NCBI GenBank assembly: GCA_046581755.1
Contig: JAYGFR010000120.1
Span: 1-49,822, forward strand
Source of the DNA: Nitrospinota bacterium
GTDB lineage: Bacteria; UBA8248
Direction: 5' to 3'
DNA: 49,822 bases
Part shown: one piece after another, positions 1 through 7,986 of the stretch
Numbering within the stretch: the first letter of the stretch is position 1
Layout: every line of letters begins with the position of its first letter
Made by a program: the position numbers and the translations under genes
The notes under the pieces: model-generated
The model's database searches: none
Seen by the model: the letters and a program-made list of their open reading frames with translations, nothing else
Told to the model about the DNA's origin: nothing

Positions 1-15
1 CCTCTTCCCGGACGG

Positions 16-44
16 TTGTCTTTTTCAATGAAAATGAATACTAT
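16..44 (+). promoter_or_regulatory. Putative sigma70 promoter of ino1
   Basis: TTGTCT (16-21), 17-nt spacer, TACTAT (39-44), in an AT-rich patch about 120 nt upstream of ino1. The spacer contains the inverted repeat TTTTCA-A-TGAAAA (22-34). Confidence 0.6.
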
Positions 45-133
45 CCCGCTGTTCGCTGCCCTGTTTTGCCTGCGCGTTGGCGGCCAGTTATCCGGGGCCC
101 GGCGCGCGAAGGCTGTTCTTTTAAACCACCGAT

Positions 134-146
134 AATCAATCAGTTA
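134..146 (+). promoter_or_regulatory. IHF-like binding site in the ino1 leader
   Basis: AATCAATCAGTTA is an exact match to the IHF core consensus WATCAANNNNTTR, with an A/T tract (TTCTTTTAAA) just upstream. Confidence 0.5.
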
Positions 147-166
147 GCGCCCCCGATGGAGGAAAT

Positions 167-1300
167 TTGTCCGTGACACCCATCAAAATTGCGATCGCTG
201 GCATCGGTAATTGCGCGAGCTCACTTTTGCAGGGAATCGAGTACTACCGGAACGATCCTAGCGAAGATCTGGGCCTGATGCACCGGGATCTGGGCGGTTT
301 CGGCCCCGAGGATATCCGGGTGGTCGCGGCTTTCGACATCGACGTCCGGAAGGTGGACCGCCCGCTCCACGAGGCGATTTTCGCCCCGCCCAACTCCACC
401 AAAACAATCTGGAAGAACGTTCCGAACCTCGGCGTAACCGTCAAAATGGGTCCCGTCCTCGATGGGGTGGCCGATCACATGAAGGAATATCATCCCGACC
501 GGACCTTCGTTCCCGCCGAGGCCGATCCGGTGGATGTCGAGGCCGCTCTCCGCGAGAGCGGCGCCGAGATCCTGCTCAACTACATGCCGGTGGGCTCCGA
601 GGAAGCGGCCCGCTTCTACGCCGAGGCGGCCCTCGCCACCGGCGTATCGTTCATCAACTGCATGCCCGTGTTCATCGTCTCGGAATCCGGATTCGCCAAG
701 CGGTTCGCCGACGCGGGAATCCCCGTCGTCGGTGACGACGTGAAGGCACAGCTCGGCGCCACGATTCTTCACCGCACGCTGGCCAAGCTGTTCGACGACC
801 GCGGCGTCAAGATCAAGCGGACCTATCAGCTCAACACTGGCGGCAACACCGATTTTCTGAACATGCTCGAGCGGTCCCGCTTCCACTCGAAAAAAATCTC
901 GAAAACATCCGCGGTGCAGAGCCAGCTGGACCAGCCGCTCGAGGCGGACAACATCCACATCGGCCCGAGCGACTACGTGCCCTGGCAGGACGACAATAAG
1001 ATCTGCTTCCTGCGGATCGAGGGCGAGGGCTTCGGCGGCATTCCGCTGGAGATCGAGGCGCGTCTGTCGGTCGAGGACTCGCCCAACTCGGCGGGAGTCG
1101 TCATCGACGCGATTCGCCTTTGCCGCATCGCGCGCGACCGGGGGGAGGCCGGCCCGCTCTACCCCGTGAGCGCGTATTTCATGAAGCATCCTCCCATTCA
1201 AATACCCGACCACTGCGCGAAACAGCTTCTCGATAAATTCATCGCCGGAACACGCAAGGCCAGCCAGCCCGTCGAACTCATCGCCGACTGCGGCGCCTAG
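167..1300 (+). CDS. ino1: myo-inositol-1-phosphate synthase (inositol-3-phosphate synthase)
   Basis: 377 aa; Rossmann motif IAGIGNCASSL, plus GDDVKAQLGAT, NTGGNTDFLNM, SKKISKT, DSPNSAG and YFMKHPP. TTG start preceded by GGAGG. Confidence 0.95.
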   Translation: MSVTPIKIAIAGIGNCASSLLQGIEYYRNDPSEDLGLMHRDLGGFGPEDIRVVAAFDIDVRKVDRPLHEAIFAPPNSTKTIWKNVPNLGVTVKMGPVLDGVADHMKEYHPDRTFVPAEADPVDVEAALRESGAEILLNYMPVGSEEAARFYAEAALATGVSFINCMPVFIVSESGFAKRFADAGIPVVGDDVKAQLGATILHRTLAKLFDDRGVKIKRTYQLNTGGNTDFLNMLERSRFHSKKISKTSAVQSQLDQPLEADNIHIGPSDYVPWQDDNKICFLRIEGEGFGGIPLEIEARLSVEDSPNSAGVVIDAIRLCRIARDRGEAGPLYPVSAYFMKHPPIQIPDHCAKQLLDKFIAGTRKASQPVELIADCGA

Positions 1301-1364
1301 CGGCCGGGCCCCTAAACCGGGGCGGACCGCGTATTTCCGGGACGCCTCCCGGGCATGAAAAGAC

Positions 1365-1410
1365 AAAAAAAGCGGCGGACGGGAATGCGATTCCCGTCCG
1401 CCGCTGTGCT
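1365..1410 (-). terminator. Rho-independent terminator between convergent ino1 and dapA (U-tract on the dapA strand; possibly bidirectional)
   Basis: Perfect 16-bp inverted repeat AGCGGCGGACGGGAAT-GCG-ATTCCCGTCCGCCGCT (1371-1405). A7 at 1365-1371 reads as U7 on the minus strand. Confidence 0.85.
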
Positions 1411-1430
1411 TTCGCGGTTCTCGCCCGCCT

Positions 1431-2321
1431 TTAGGCCATGACCGCCTCACCCACGAGGCCGTAGGATTTCGCGAAGGCCTCGAGCTTCTTCAAGTTCGCC
1501 TCCGAGGGCGGGCAAAGCGGCAGCCTGTATTCGAGACCAATCTTTCCCATGATCGAAAGCGTCGCTTTTGCCGGAATGGGATTCGACTCGATGAACATCA
1601 TCTTGTTGAGCTCCCACATCTTATAGTGCAGCTCCAGTGCCCGGCTGGTGTCGCCGTCCAGTTGCGCCTGGCACATTCCGGCCACGTCGGCGGGCGCGAC
1701 GTTCGCCGTCACCGAGATGGTCCCCTTCCCGCCCATCATCATCAGCGGCAGGTTCACGAAATCGTCTCCCGAAAGAACGGTGAAATCGTCCGGGCATTTG
1801 TGGATGACATCGCAAATCATCTGGAGGCTTCCGCTCGCCTCCTTGATGGCGACGATGTTGGGAATCTCCGCCAGCCGGGCGACCGTCTCGGGGGCGATGC
1901 TGATCACCGTCCGGCCCGGAACGTTGTAGACCACGATGGGAATATCGGTCGATTCGGCCACCGCCTTGAAATGGAGGTAGAGGCCTTCCTGGTTGGGTTT
2001 GTTGTAGTAGGGAACCACGACGAGCGCGCCGTCCGCTCCCGCCTTCTTGGCGAAGCCCGTGCGGCGAATCGCCTCGGCGGTGCTGTTCGAGCCCGAACCC
2101 GCGATCACGGGAATCCGGCCATCGACGCGCTTGATGATGAGATTGATCACCCCGTCCTGCTCTTCGTGGCTGAGGGTGGCCGCCTCGCCCGTCGTCCCGC
2201 AGGCGACGATTCCGTGGGTGCCGTTCTCCAGATGGAAATCGACGAGGGCGCGAACCCCGTCTTCGTCCACCTTTCCTTTCCGGAAGGGAGTAACTATCGC
2301 CACATTGGAGCCTTCAAACAT
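1431..2321 (-). CDS. dapA: 4-hydroxy-tetrahydrodipicolinate synthase
   Basis: 296 aa; GTTGE, PYYNKP, YNVPGRT, Schiff-base Lys in AIKEASG, SGDD, ESNPIPAK. SD GAGGAGG. Confidence 0.97.
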   Translation of the reverse strand: MFEGSNVAIVTPFRKGKVDEDGVRALVDFHLENGTHGIVACGTTGEAATLSHEEQDGVINLIIKRVDGRIPVIAGSGSNSTAEAIRRTGFAKKAGADGALVVVPYYNKPNQEGLYLHFKAVAESTDIPIVVYNVPGRTVISIAPETVARLAEIPNIVAIKEASGSLQMICDVIHKCPDDFTVLSGDDFVNLPLMMMGGKGTISVTANVAPADVAGMCQAQLDGDTSRALELHYKMWELNKMMFIESNPIPAKATLSIMGKIGLEYRLPLCPPSEANLKKLEAFAKSYGLVGEAVMA

Positions 2322-2443
2322 CGCCGTTCCTCCTCAGGTTTGCCGCTTTTCCGCGCGGCGCGGCGCCCGATATTCCCTTCGTCAGTGCGGACCCCCGGGC
2401 GGTTCCATCGAGTAAACCCTCAATTTCAAGGACCTTGGGCCGA

Positions 2444-2472
2444 ATCCTAACAAACCCCCCATCCCCGCGCTA
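2444..2472 (-). promoter_or_regulatory. Possible extended -10 promoter of dapA
   Basis: Minus strand TAGCGC, 17-nt spacer, TAGGAT, with TG at the extended -10 position. The -35 match is weak. Confidence 0.3.
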
Positions 2473-2591
2473 GCGGATTCATTGCCGCCCCACCGGGCCG
2501 CCGGCGGCCGGCGCCCCGCCCGTTCGGGGGTCCCCCCCTCCGCGGAAAATCCCCCCTGGTGCCTGAAATTATCTTTGTCTGGAATTTTTGA

Positions 2592-2620
2592 TTGACATGG
2601 CGCGCTCAAAACATTAGAAT
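2592..2620 (+). promoter_or_regulatory. sigma70 promoter of dacA
   Basis: TTGACA (2592-2597), 17-nt spacer, TAGAAT (2615-2620), with an AT-rich UP-like tract upstream. Confidence 0.8.
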
Positions 2621-2722
2621 ATTCATGAAAATCAATGAGATATGCTTTCGCCCCAATACTTTGCATCAGATATTTGCAGCAGACAAAGGCGCTCGTCCGA
2701 ATCCTTCTCTTGGGGCCGAATC

Positions 2723-3898
2723 ATGCCAACGATCCTCTCCCGTGCTGCATTGAAATTCCGAATATTTCCGATTCCGGCCCTCATTCTGGCCATCGCGGCC
2801 CTTGCCATCGCGCCGCCGGGCGAGGCCCGGAGCCGCAACAAGAGATCGAGGCCCTTCCGCTCGGCACTGCTCATCGAGGCAGAAACCGGCCAGGTCCTCA
2901 AATCCATTCGCCCGCGCCTGCGGGTGATCCCGGCCTCCATCGTCAAGATGATGACCACCCTCCTCACCCTGGAGCGGGTGCAGGAAAAATCCATCTCCAT
3001 GAACGATATCGTCGTCACATCGAGAAAAGCCGCCAGGATCGGCGGGCAACAGGTGTACCTGAAGCAGGGCGAACGGTTCAGGCTGAAAGAATTGCTCAAG
3101 GCCGTCGCGATCAGCTCGGCCAACGACGCCGCCTACGCGATCGCCGAACACGTCACCGGCGATGCGGATATATTCGTGGAAATGATGAACGACCGGGCGC
3201 GCGAACTCGGAATGGCCGACACCCGTTACGTCAACGTCCACGGGCTCCCGCCCAACCGCGGCCAGCCCCCCAACCTGATGAGCGCCCGCGACGCAGGCAT
3301 CCTCGCGCAGGCGCTTTTAAAATTTTCCATCGTCACCCAGTGGGGAAAAATCAAGAGAGCCCCCTTCCGCGGCGGAAAATTCATCCTCACCAACACGAAC
3401 CGCCTTGTGGGCCGCTTTCGCGGCATTGACGGCATCAAGACCGGCTCCTACCGGAAGGCGGGCTACAGCATCGTGGCCACCGCCAAGCGGGGCGATCTTC
3501 GCCTGATCGCCATCATCCTCAGCTCAGGCCACCCCCGCCGCCGCTTCCAGGAGGCCAAGCGCCTCCTGTCATGGGGATTCGCGAAATTCCGGTGGTACCA
3601 GTCCAAGGCCTCGGTTTCGGGCCGCGCCCTGACGGTGAAAATACAGAGCGGCCAAAAAGACCGTATCCGGCTGACATCCATGGGGAATTTCCGCAAACTC
3701 GTCCATCGCGGGGAGGTGCGGAATATCTCCGTCCGCAGGGAAATTCCATCTTTCCTGGCCGCTCCCGTTCAAAAGGGTCAGCAGGTGGGCCGGCTGGTGT
3801 TCGAGCTTCGGGGAAAAGAAATGGGCGAGTTGCGCCTTGCGGCGGGCGAATCGGTGGACCGCCTCGGATTTTTCCAGACGCTCATCCGGCTCCGCTAG
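2723..3898 (+). CDS. dacA: D-alanyl-D-alanine carboxypeptidase (PBP5/6, peptidase S11)
   Basis: SxxK (ASIVK), SxN (SAN), KTG and HGL motifs; N-terminal signal-like segment; C-terminal PBP5 domain and amphipathic tail. Start uncertain (ATG 2642 or 2723). Confidence 0.9.
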   Translation: MPTILSRAALKFRIFPIPALILAIAALAIAPPGEARSRNKRSRPFRSALLIEAETGQVLKSIRPRLRVIPASIVKMMTTLLTLERVQEKSISMNDIVVTSRKAARIGGQQVYLKQGERFRLKELLKAVAISSANDAAYAIAEHVTGDADIFVEMMNDRARELGMADTRYVNVHGLPPNRGQPPNLMSARDAGILAQALLKFSIVTQWGKIKRAPFRGGKFILTNTNRLVGRFRGIDGIKTGSYRKAGYSIVATAKRGDLRLIAIILSSGHPRRRFQEAKRLLSWGFAKFRWYQSKASVSGRALTVKIQSGQKDRIRLTSMGNFRKLVHRGEVRNISVRREIPSFLAAPVQKGQQVGRLVFELRGKEMGELRLAAGESVDRLGFFQTLIRLR

Positions 3899-5135
3899 AG
3901 GCCGCCTCCCTCTCCCCTCCCATGAACGGGAGCGCCATCGCCAGATAGGCGAGCATCACGACCTCCGAGTCACCGTAGTTGTATTCGAACAGCCCGGCCA
4001 CGAAAAACCCCGCGACCGCCGCAAGCCCTCCCGCCGCCAGGAAACGCCTCTCGAACGGGGCCTCCCCGAGTTTTCTCAGGCGCCGCGCCGCCTCCCAAAA
4101 AAATAGCGCCATGATCCAGACCCAGGCCGCAAGAGCCGGGACCCCGCGCTCGGCGGCGATCTGGAGCAGGTTATTGTGGAGGTGGCCCGTGCGCTTTTTC
4201 ACCGCAGCCGGATGCGCGTAGCGGGTGTAGGTGCGCTTGATCATGTCGAGGCCCGTGCCGAACAGCGGCCGATCCCGGACCATCCTCATTCCGCTCTCCC
4301 ACATGAATATCCGCTCGCGCGCCGTTGTGTCCTGTAAATCGCCGATGCTCCAGATACGCTTGCGCACCGGGGCCGGGGAGAGAATCAACACGAGCGCCGC
4401 GAACCCGGCGATCAGTGCGCCTCCCTTCACGCTCCGCGCTGCGGCGGCGGCGCAAACTGCCGATGCGCCGAAGCCGATCCAGGCGTTGCGGCTGAAGGTC
4501 GTGAGCATCGCGGCGGCGATCAATACTCCGGCGGCGGCGATCCACCACCTTCCCCGCGCTCCGCCGGACACGACGGTATAGGCGAAGGCCAGGGCTCCGG
4601 CGATGAGGAGGTATCCCCCCAGCGTCATGTAGATGCTAAAAAAGCCCGACATCCGGTTGGCGAGGCCGAGCGGATTCAACAGGGCGGCCCCCAGCGTGTA
4701 GGCGGAGACCGCCGCCGCAGCCGCGAGGAGCGCCTTCACCAGCCAGACCCCCTCGCAGGCATCCGCCACCGTGTGGATGGCGCAGTAGAAAATGAGGATC
4801 TGAAATAGCTGCTTGGCGTCCGTCAGGCTCCGGGCGGGATCCTCGGATACGGCCGCGCTCAGCAGGGTCAGGCACGCGAACAGGGCGAAGGGCTTGCCGA
4901 GGGGAAACCGCCCGGCATCCGGGCGGCCCTCCCTCCAGAGGGAGACGAGCCAGGCGGCGATGGCCGTATAAACGAAAATCTGGGAGAGCGAAATGGAAAA
5001 CGGCGAGGCGAGGACGAACCCGATCAGGCCGATCATCGAGACCCGGCTCCAGGGCGGGCGGGCCCCAAGCGCCTCGGCCGCCTCGCGGAGGGTGGCCAGC
5101 GGCCCGGCGGGCGAAGCCCCCCGCCCGGGCGTCAT
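3882..5135 (-). CDS. waaL: O-antigen ligase family protein (WaaL/Wzy_C)
   Basis: Multi-TM protein with TFSRNAWIG, RIFMW...P.FGTG, HLHNNLLQIAAERG and GLFEYN. ATG at 5135 overlaps the upstream stop (ATGA). Confidence 0.85.
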   Translation of the reverse strand: MTPGRGASPAGPLATLREAAEALGARPPWSRVSMIGLIGFVLASPFSISLSQIFVYTAIAAWLVSLWREGRPDAGRFPLGKPFALFACLTLLSAAVSEDPARSLTDAKQLFQILIFYCAIHTVADACEGVWLVKALLAAAAAVSAYTLGAALLNPLGLANRMSGFFSIYMTLGGYLLIAGALAFAYTVVSGGARGRWWIAAAGVLIAAAMLTTFSRNAWIGFGASAVCAAAAARSVKGGALIAGFAALVLILSPAPVRKRIWSIGDLQDTTARERIFMWESGMRMVRDRPLFGTGLDMIKRTYTRYAHPAAVKKRTGHLHNNLLQIAAERGVPALAAWVWIMALFFWEAARRLRKLGEAPFERRFLAAGGLAAVAGFFVAGLFEYNYGDSEVVMLAYLAMALPFMGGEREAASSGAG

Positions 5136-5671
5136 TTCAGGACCTCGAACTCGAAATGCATATCGTTGGCCGGAAACGTCCAGGAGAAATGCTTCTCGTA
5201 CACCCAGGGCGAGAGGGCGCAGATCAGGCGCGGGATCAGCGAAATGACCGAGCGCCCAAAGATGAAGTGAAACGCCTTCTGGCAGAACAGGGGGGCCGTG
5301 TAGACGCCTCCCCGGGTCGGATGGTCGGTGAAGCACAAAAACGAGCGGCTCGTGAGGTGGAGATGGTGGACCGGGTCGCTCCACGAGTAGATGCTCGAGA
5401 CGTGGGCGACGGTGATGACCACCTTCCCGCCCGGCCTGGCGACGCGGTGGACCTCCTCCATGACGGGAACGATGTTCCGGAAATGGTCGATCGTCTGGAG
5501 GATATGCACCTCATCGAACGCATCGTTCCGGAAGGGAAAATGAATCGATCGGCCGTCCACGTCCATATCGCAGCAAACGTCCGGCTCCGTCCGGGTCCGG
5601 ATATCGACGCTCACCGCGCCCTCGACTTTTTTCCAGCCGCACCCCACGTCCAGAATTCTAGCCACCGCCAA
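5132..5671 (-). CDS. Small class I SAM-dependent methyltransferase (glycan-cluster type)
   Basis: 179 aa; ILDVGCG motif I, FPFRNDAFD, EVHRVARPGG, WSDPVH. Confidence 0.8.
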   Translation of the reverse strand: MAVARILDVGCGWKKVEGAVSVDIRTRTEPDVCCDMDVDGRSIHFPFRNDAFDEVHILQTIDHFRNIVPVMEEVHRVARPGGKVVITVAHVSSIYSWSDPVHHLHLTSRSFLCFTDHPTRGGVYTAPLFCQKAFHFIFGRSVISLIPRLICALSPWVYEKHFSWTFPANDMHFEFEVLK

Positions 5672-6779
5672 TCTCCTGAAGAACGGTCTCGTACTCGCCC
5701 GCCACCTCGCTCCACCGCCTCGCCTCGGCGCGCCGGCGGCCCGCCTCGCCCATCGAGGCGGCCAGTTCCGGCGTGTTCAGGATGCGCACAATGGCCCCGG
5801 CCACATCTTCGGTATTTTCCGGATCGGCCAGCAGCCCGGACTCCCCCTCCGCCACCGCCTCGGAGGAGCCGCCGCTCCGCCCGCCCACGACGGGCCTGCC
5901 GCAGGCCCCCGCCTCCAGATGGGCGATTCCAAACGCCTCGACCTGGCCCGTCGCGGAGTCCTCGCGCGAGGGCATAGCGAACACATCGCAGGCCTGATAA
6001 TAGGCGTGCTCCCCCCGGCCCAGCTCGCCCAGGGGGACTTCTCCCGTGAATATTACCCGGTCATCCACCTCGAGCTCCTTGGCCAGCGCCCAGAGCGGAA
6101 TCCCCTCCGGGCCGCCGCCCACGATCATATAGACTGTCTCGGGGACCTCCCGGAGGATGAGCGGAAGCGCCCGAATCACCGCGTCGAACCCCTTGACCGC
6201 CTGAAGGCGCCCCACCGAGAGGATCACCTTCTTCCCCTCGAGCCCTCGATTGCGCCGGACGATCTCGCCGTCCGCGCGCGGCCCGAAGGCCTCGAACGAC
6301 ACCCCGTTCGGAATCGCCACCGCCCGCGCTGCGCGAAGGCCCAGCTCCTTCAGCCGGCCCAGCGCATACCGGCTCACCGCGATCACGGCGTCCGCGCGCG
6401 ACAAGGCGGCGATGAGTTGCGCGCGCCGGGGAGAGCCGTACACCTCGTTTCCGTGGACGATGACGGCGAACGGAATCCCCAGGCGGCGGGCGGCCAGCGC
6501 GGGCCGCAGAAAATCCGCCCGGTGGGTCAGCAAAAGCGCCTCGGGCCGATCCCCGAAAATTTCCCCCGCCAGCCTCGGCCAGAGCATCGGTTTCCAGCCC
6601 ACGCGCGATACCACGGCGGGCGCGGATTCGGCATCGACAACGGAATCCCCCGCCTCCCCCCGCGCGAGCACTCGGACCCGGTGGCCCCGGCGCGCCAAGG
6701 CCCCGGCCAGGCGCGCGGAAAGGGTTTGCACCCCGCCCACCGAAGGCGGATAGGCGGCGGCGCAAACCAGCAACTTCAC
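5658..6779 (-). CDS. GT4 glycosyltransferase (PimB-like)
   Basis: YPPSVGG, HGNE, VGRL...KG, DVFAMPSR and EAFGIAHLEA (EX7E). GTGA overlap with the upstream stop. Confidence 0.88.
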   Translation of the reverse strand: MKLLVCAAAYPPSVGGVQTLSARLAGALARRGHRVRVLARGEAGDSVVDAESAPAVVSRVGWKPMLWPRLAGEIFGDRPEALLLTHRADFLRPALAARRLGIPFAVIVHGNEVYGSPRRAQLIAALSRADAVIAVSRYALGRLKELGLRAARAVAIPNGVSFEAFGPRADGEIVRRNRGLEGKKVILSVGRLQAVKGFDAVIRALPLILREVPETVYMIVGGGPEGIPLWALAKELEVDDRVIFTGEVPLGELGRGEHAYYQACDVFAMPSREDSATGQVEAFGIAHLEAGACGRPVVGGRSGGSSEAVAEGESGLLADPENTEDVAGAIVRILNTPELAASMGEAGRRRAEARRWSEVAGEYETVLQEIGGG

Positions 6780-7954
6780 GGCCCCTCCGCCGCCGGGGCG
6801 GCGCCTTCGAGGTCGCGTTTTTTTTCCGCCACCACCTCCCGGTAAAGCGCCTCGGTCCGGTCCGTGTTCGCCGCCACACTGAAGCCGAGGGCGAGTTCGC
6901 GCCCGGCGTGCCCCATCGCGGCGGCTTTTTCCCCGTCCATACAGGCCCGGATGAGGCCGGCCATCTCCCCGGCATCCGCCGGGTCCCGCATCACGAGCCC
7001 GCTCTCACCCTCCTCGACGATCTCGGCCCCGCCGCTGCAGGGCGAGAAAACGCAGGGCAGCCCGCTCGCCAAGGCCTCCAGGCATACGTTGCCGAACGGC
7101 TCGTAGAGGGTCGGAAAGACGAAGGCGTCCGCCCCCCGGTAGAGCAGGGGCGCGGAGATCTCCGCCCCGCAAAAGCGCACCCGACCCGATATGCCCAGCG
7201 CCCGCGCCTGCCGCTTGTAGGGGCGAGCGTTTCCCCTGCCGGCCACGATGAGCCAGGGCGGTCTCGCCGCGCTGTTCTCCAGGCGCGCAAACCCCTCGAT
7301 CAGATACCGGAGGCCTTTCCTGAAAAAACCGCTCCCGATGTAGAGCACCGCGAACGCATCGGCGGGCACGCCGAGTCCGGCGCGCAGGCGCTCCCTTTCG
7401 TCCCCCTGTGGCGGGCGGAACTCATCCGGGTCCACCCCGTTGTATATCACGGGGACATCCTCCCGCCCGAAGTGGCGGCGAATCTCCTCCGCCCCCCTCC
7501 GGCTGATCGCCGTCACCCTCCGCGCTCCGTCCCCGCGCATGATCCGCTCCTCAATCCGGAGGAGAACCCGGTGGAGCGGATCGAGCCGCTTCAGGGCCGA
7601 CTTCCAGCCCGGCATATAGCGCGCGGAGACCTCGAGCCATTCCCGGTGGACGCCCTCTCCCGCGCGGTAGATGTCGCAGGAAAAGATCCGGTCGCACGAA
7701 TGCACCACGTCGAACCCCCCCGCCTCCACCACCACCGTTGCCAGCGAGGCGAAGGAGAGCGCCTTCAGGAACGAGAACGGCCCCCGGACGTTCACCGGGT
7801 GCAACGTCACCGAGGGATGCGGAAGCTCGGGGCAGCGGCGCGCGATGAGGTGAACATCGTGGCCGCGCCGGGCGAGCTCGCCGGCCAGCATCCAGACGTA
7901 GCGCTCCACCCCGCCCTTGCGGTGAACCGCCGATCGGATGAGGGCGATCTTCAT
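6776..7954 (-). CDS. GT4 glycosyltransferase (WaaG/RfaG-like LPS core transferase)
   Basis: GGVERY, DIYRAGEGVH, IYNGVD, GSGFFRKGL and PTLYEPFGNVCLEALASG. Start at ATG 7954 (alternative 7978). Confidence 0.88.
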   Translation of the reverse strand: MKIALIRSAVHRKGGVERYVWMLAGELARRGHDVHLIARRCPELPHPSVTLHPVNVRGPFSFLKALSFASLATVVVEAGGFDVVHSCDRIFSCDIYRAGEGVHREWLEVSARYMPGWKSALKRLDPLHRVLLRIEERIMRGDGARRVTAISRRGAEEIRRHFGREDVPVIYNGVDPDEFRPPQGDERERLRAGLGVPADAFAVLYIGSGFFRKGLRYLIEGFARLENSAARPPWLIVAGRGNARPYKRQARALGISGRVRFCGAEISAPLLYRGADAFVFPTLYEPFGNVCLEALASGLPCVFSPCSGGAEIVEEGESGLVMRDPADAGEMAGLIRACMDGEKAAAMGHAGRELALGFSVAANTDRTEALYREVVAEKKRDLEGAAPAAEGP

Positions 7955-7986
7955 GGGCGCTCCGGAGGCATGTGACAAGGGCGGGC

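Noticed and set aside
2322..2560. Possible lysine riboswitch or sRNA upstream of dapA
   Set aside because: GC-rich short palindromes are present, but none of the lysine riboswitch consensus elements were recognisable.
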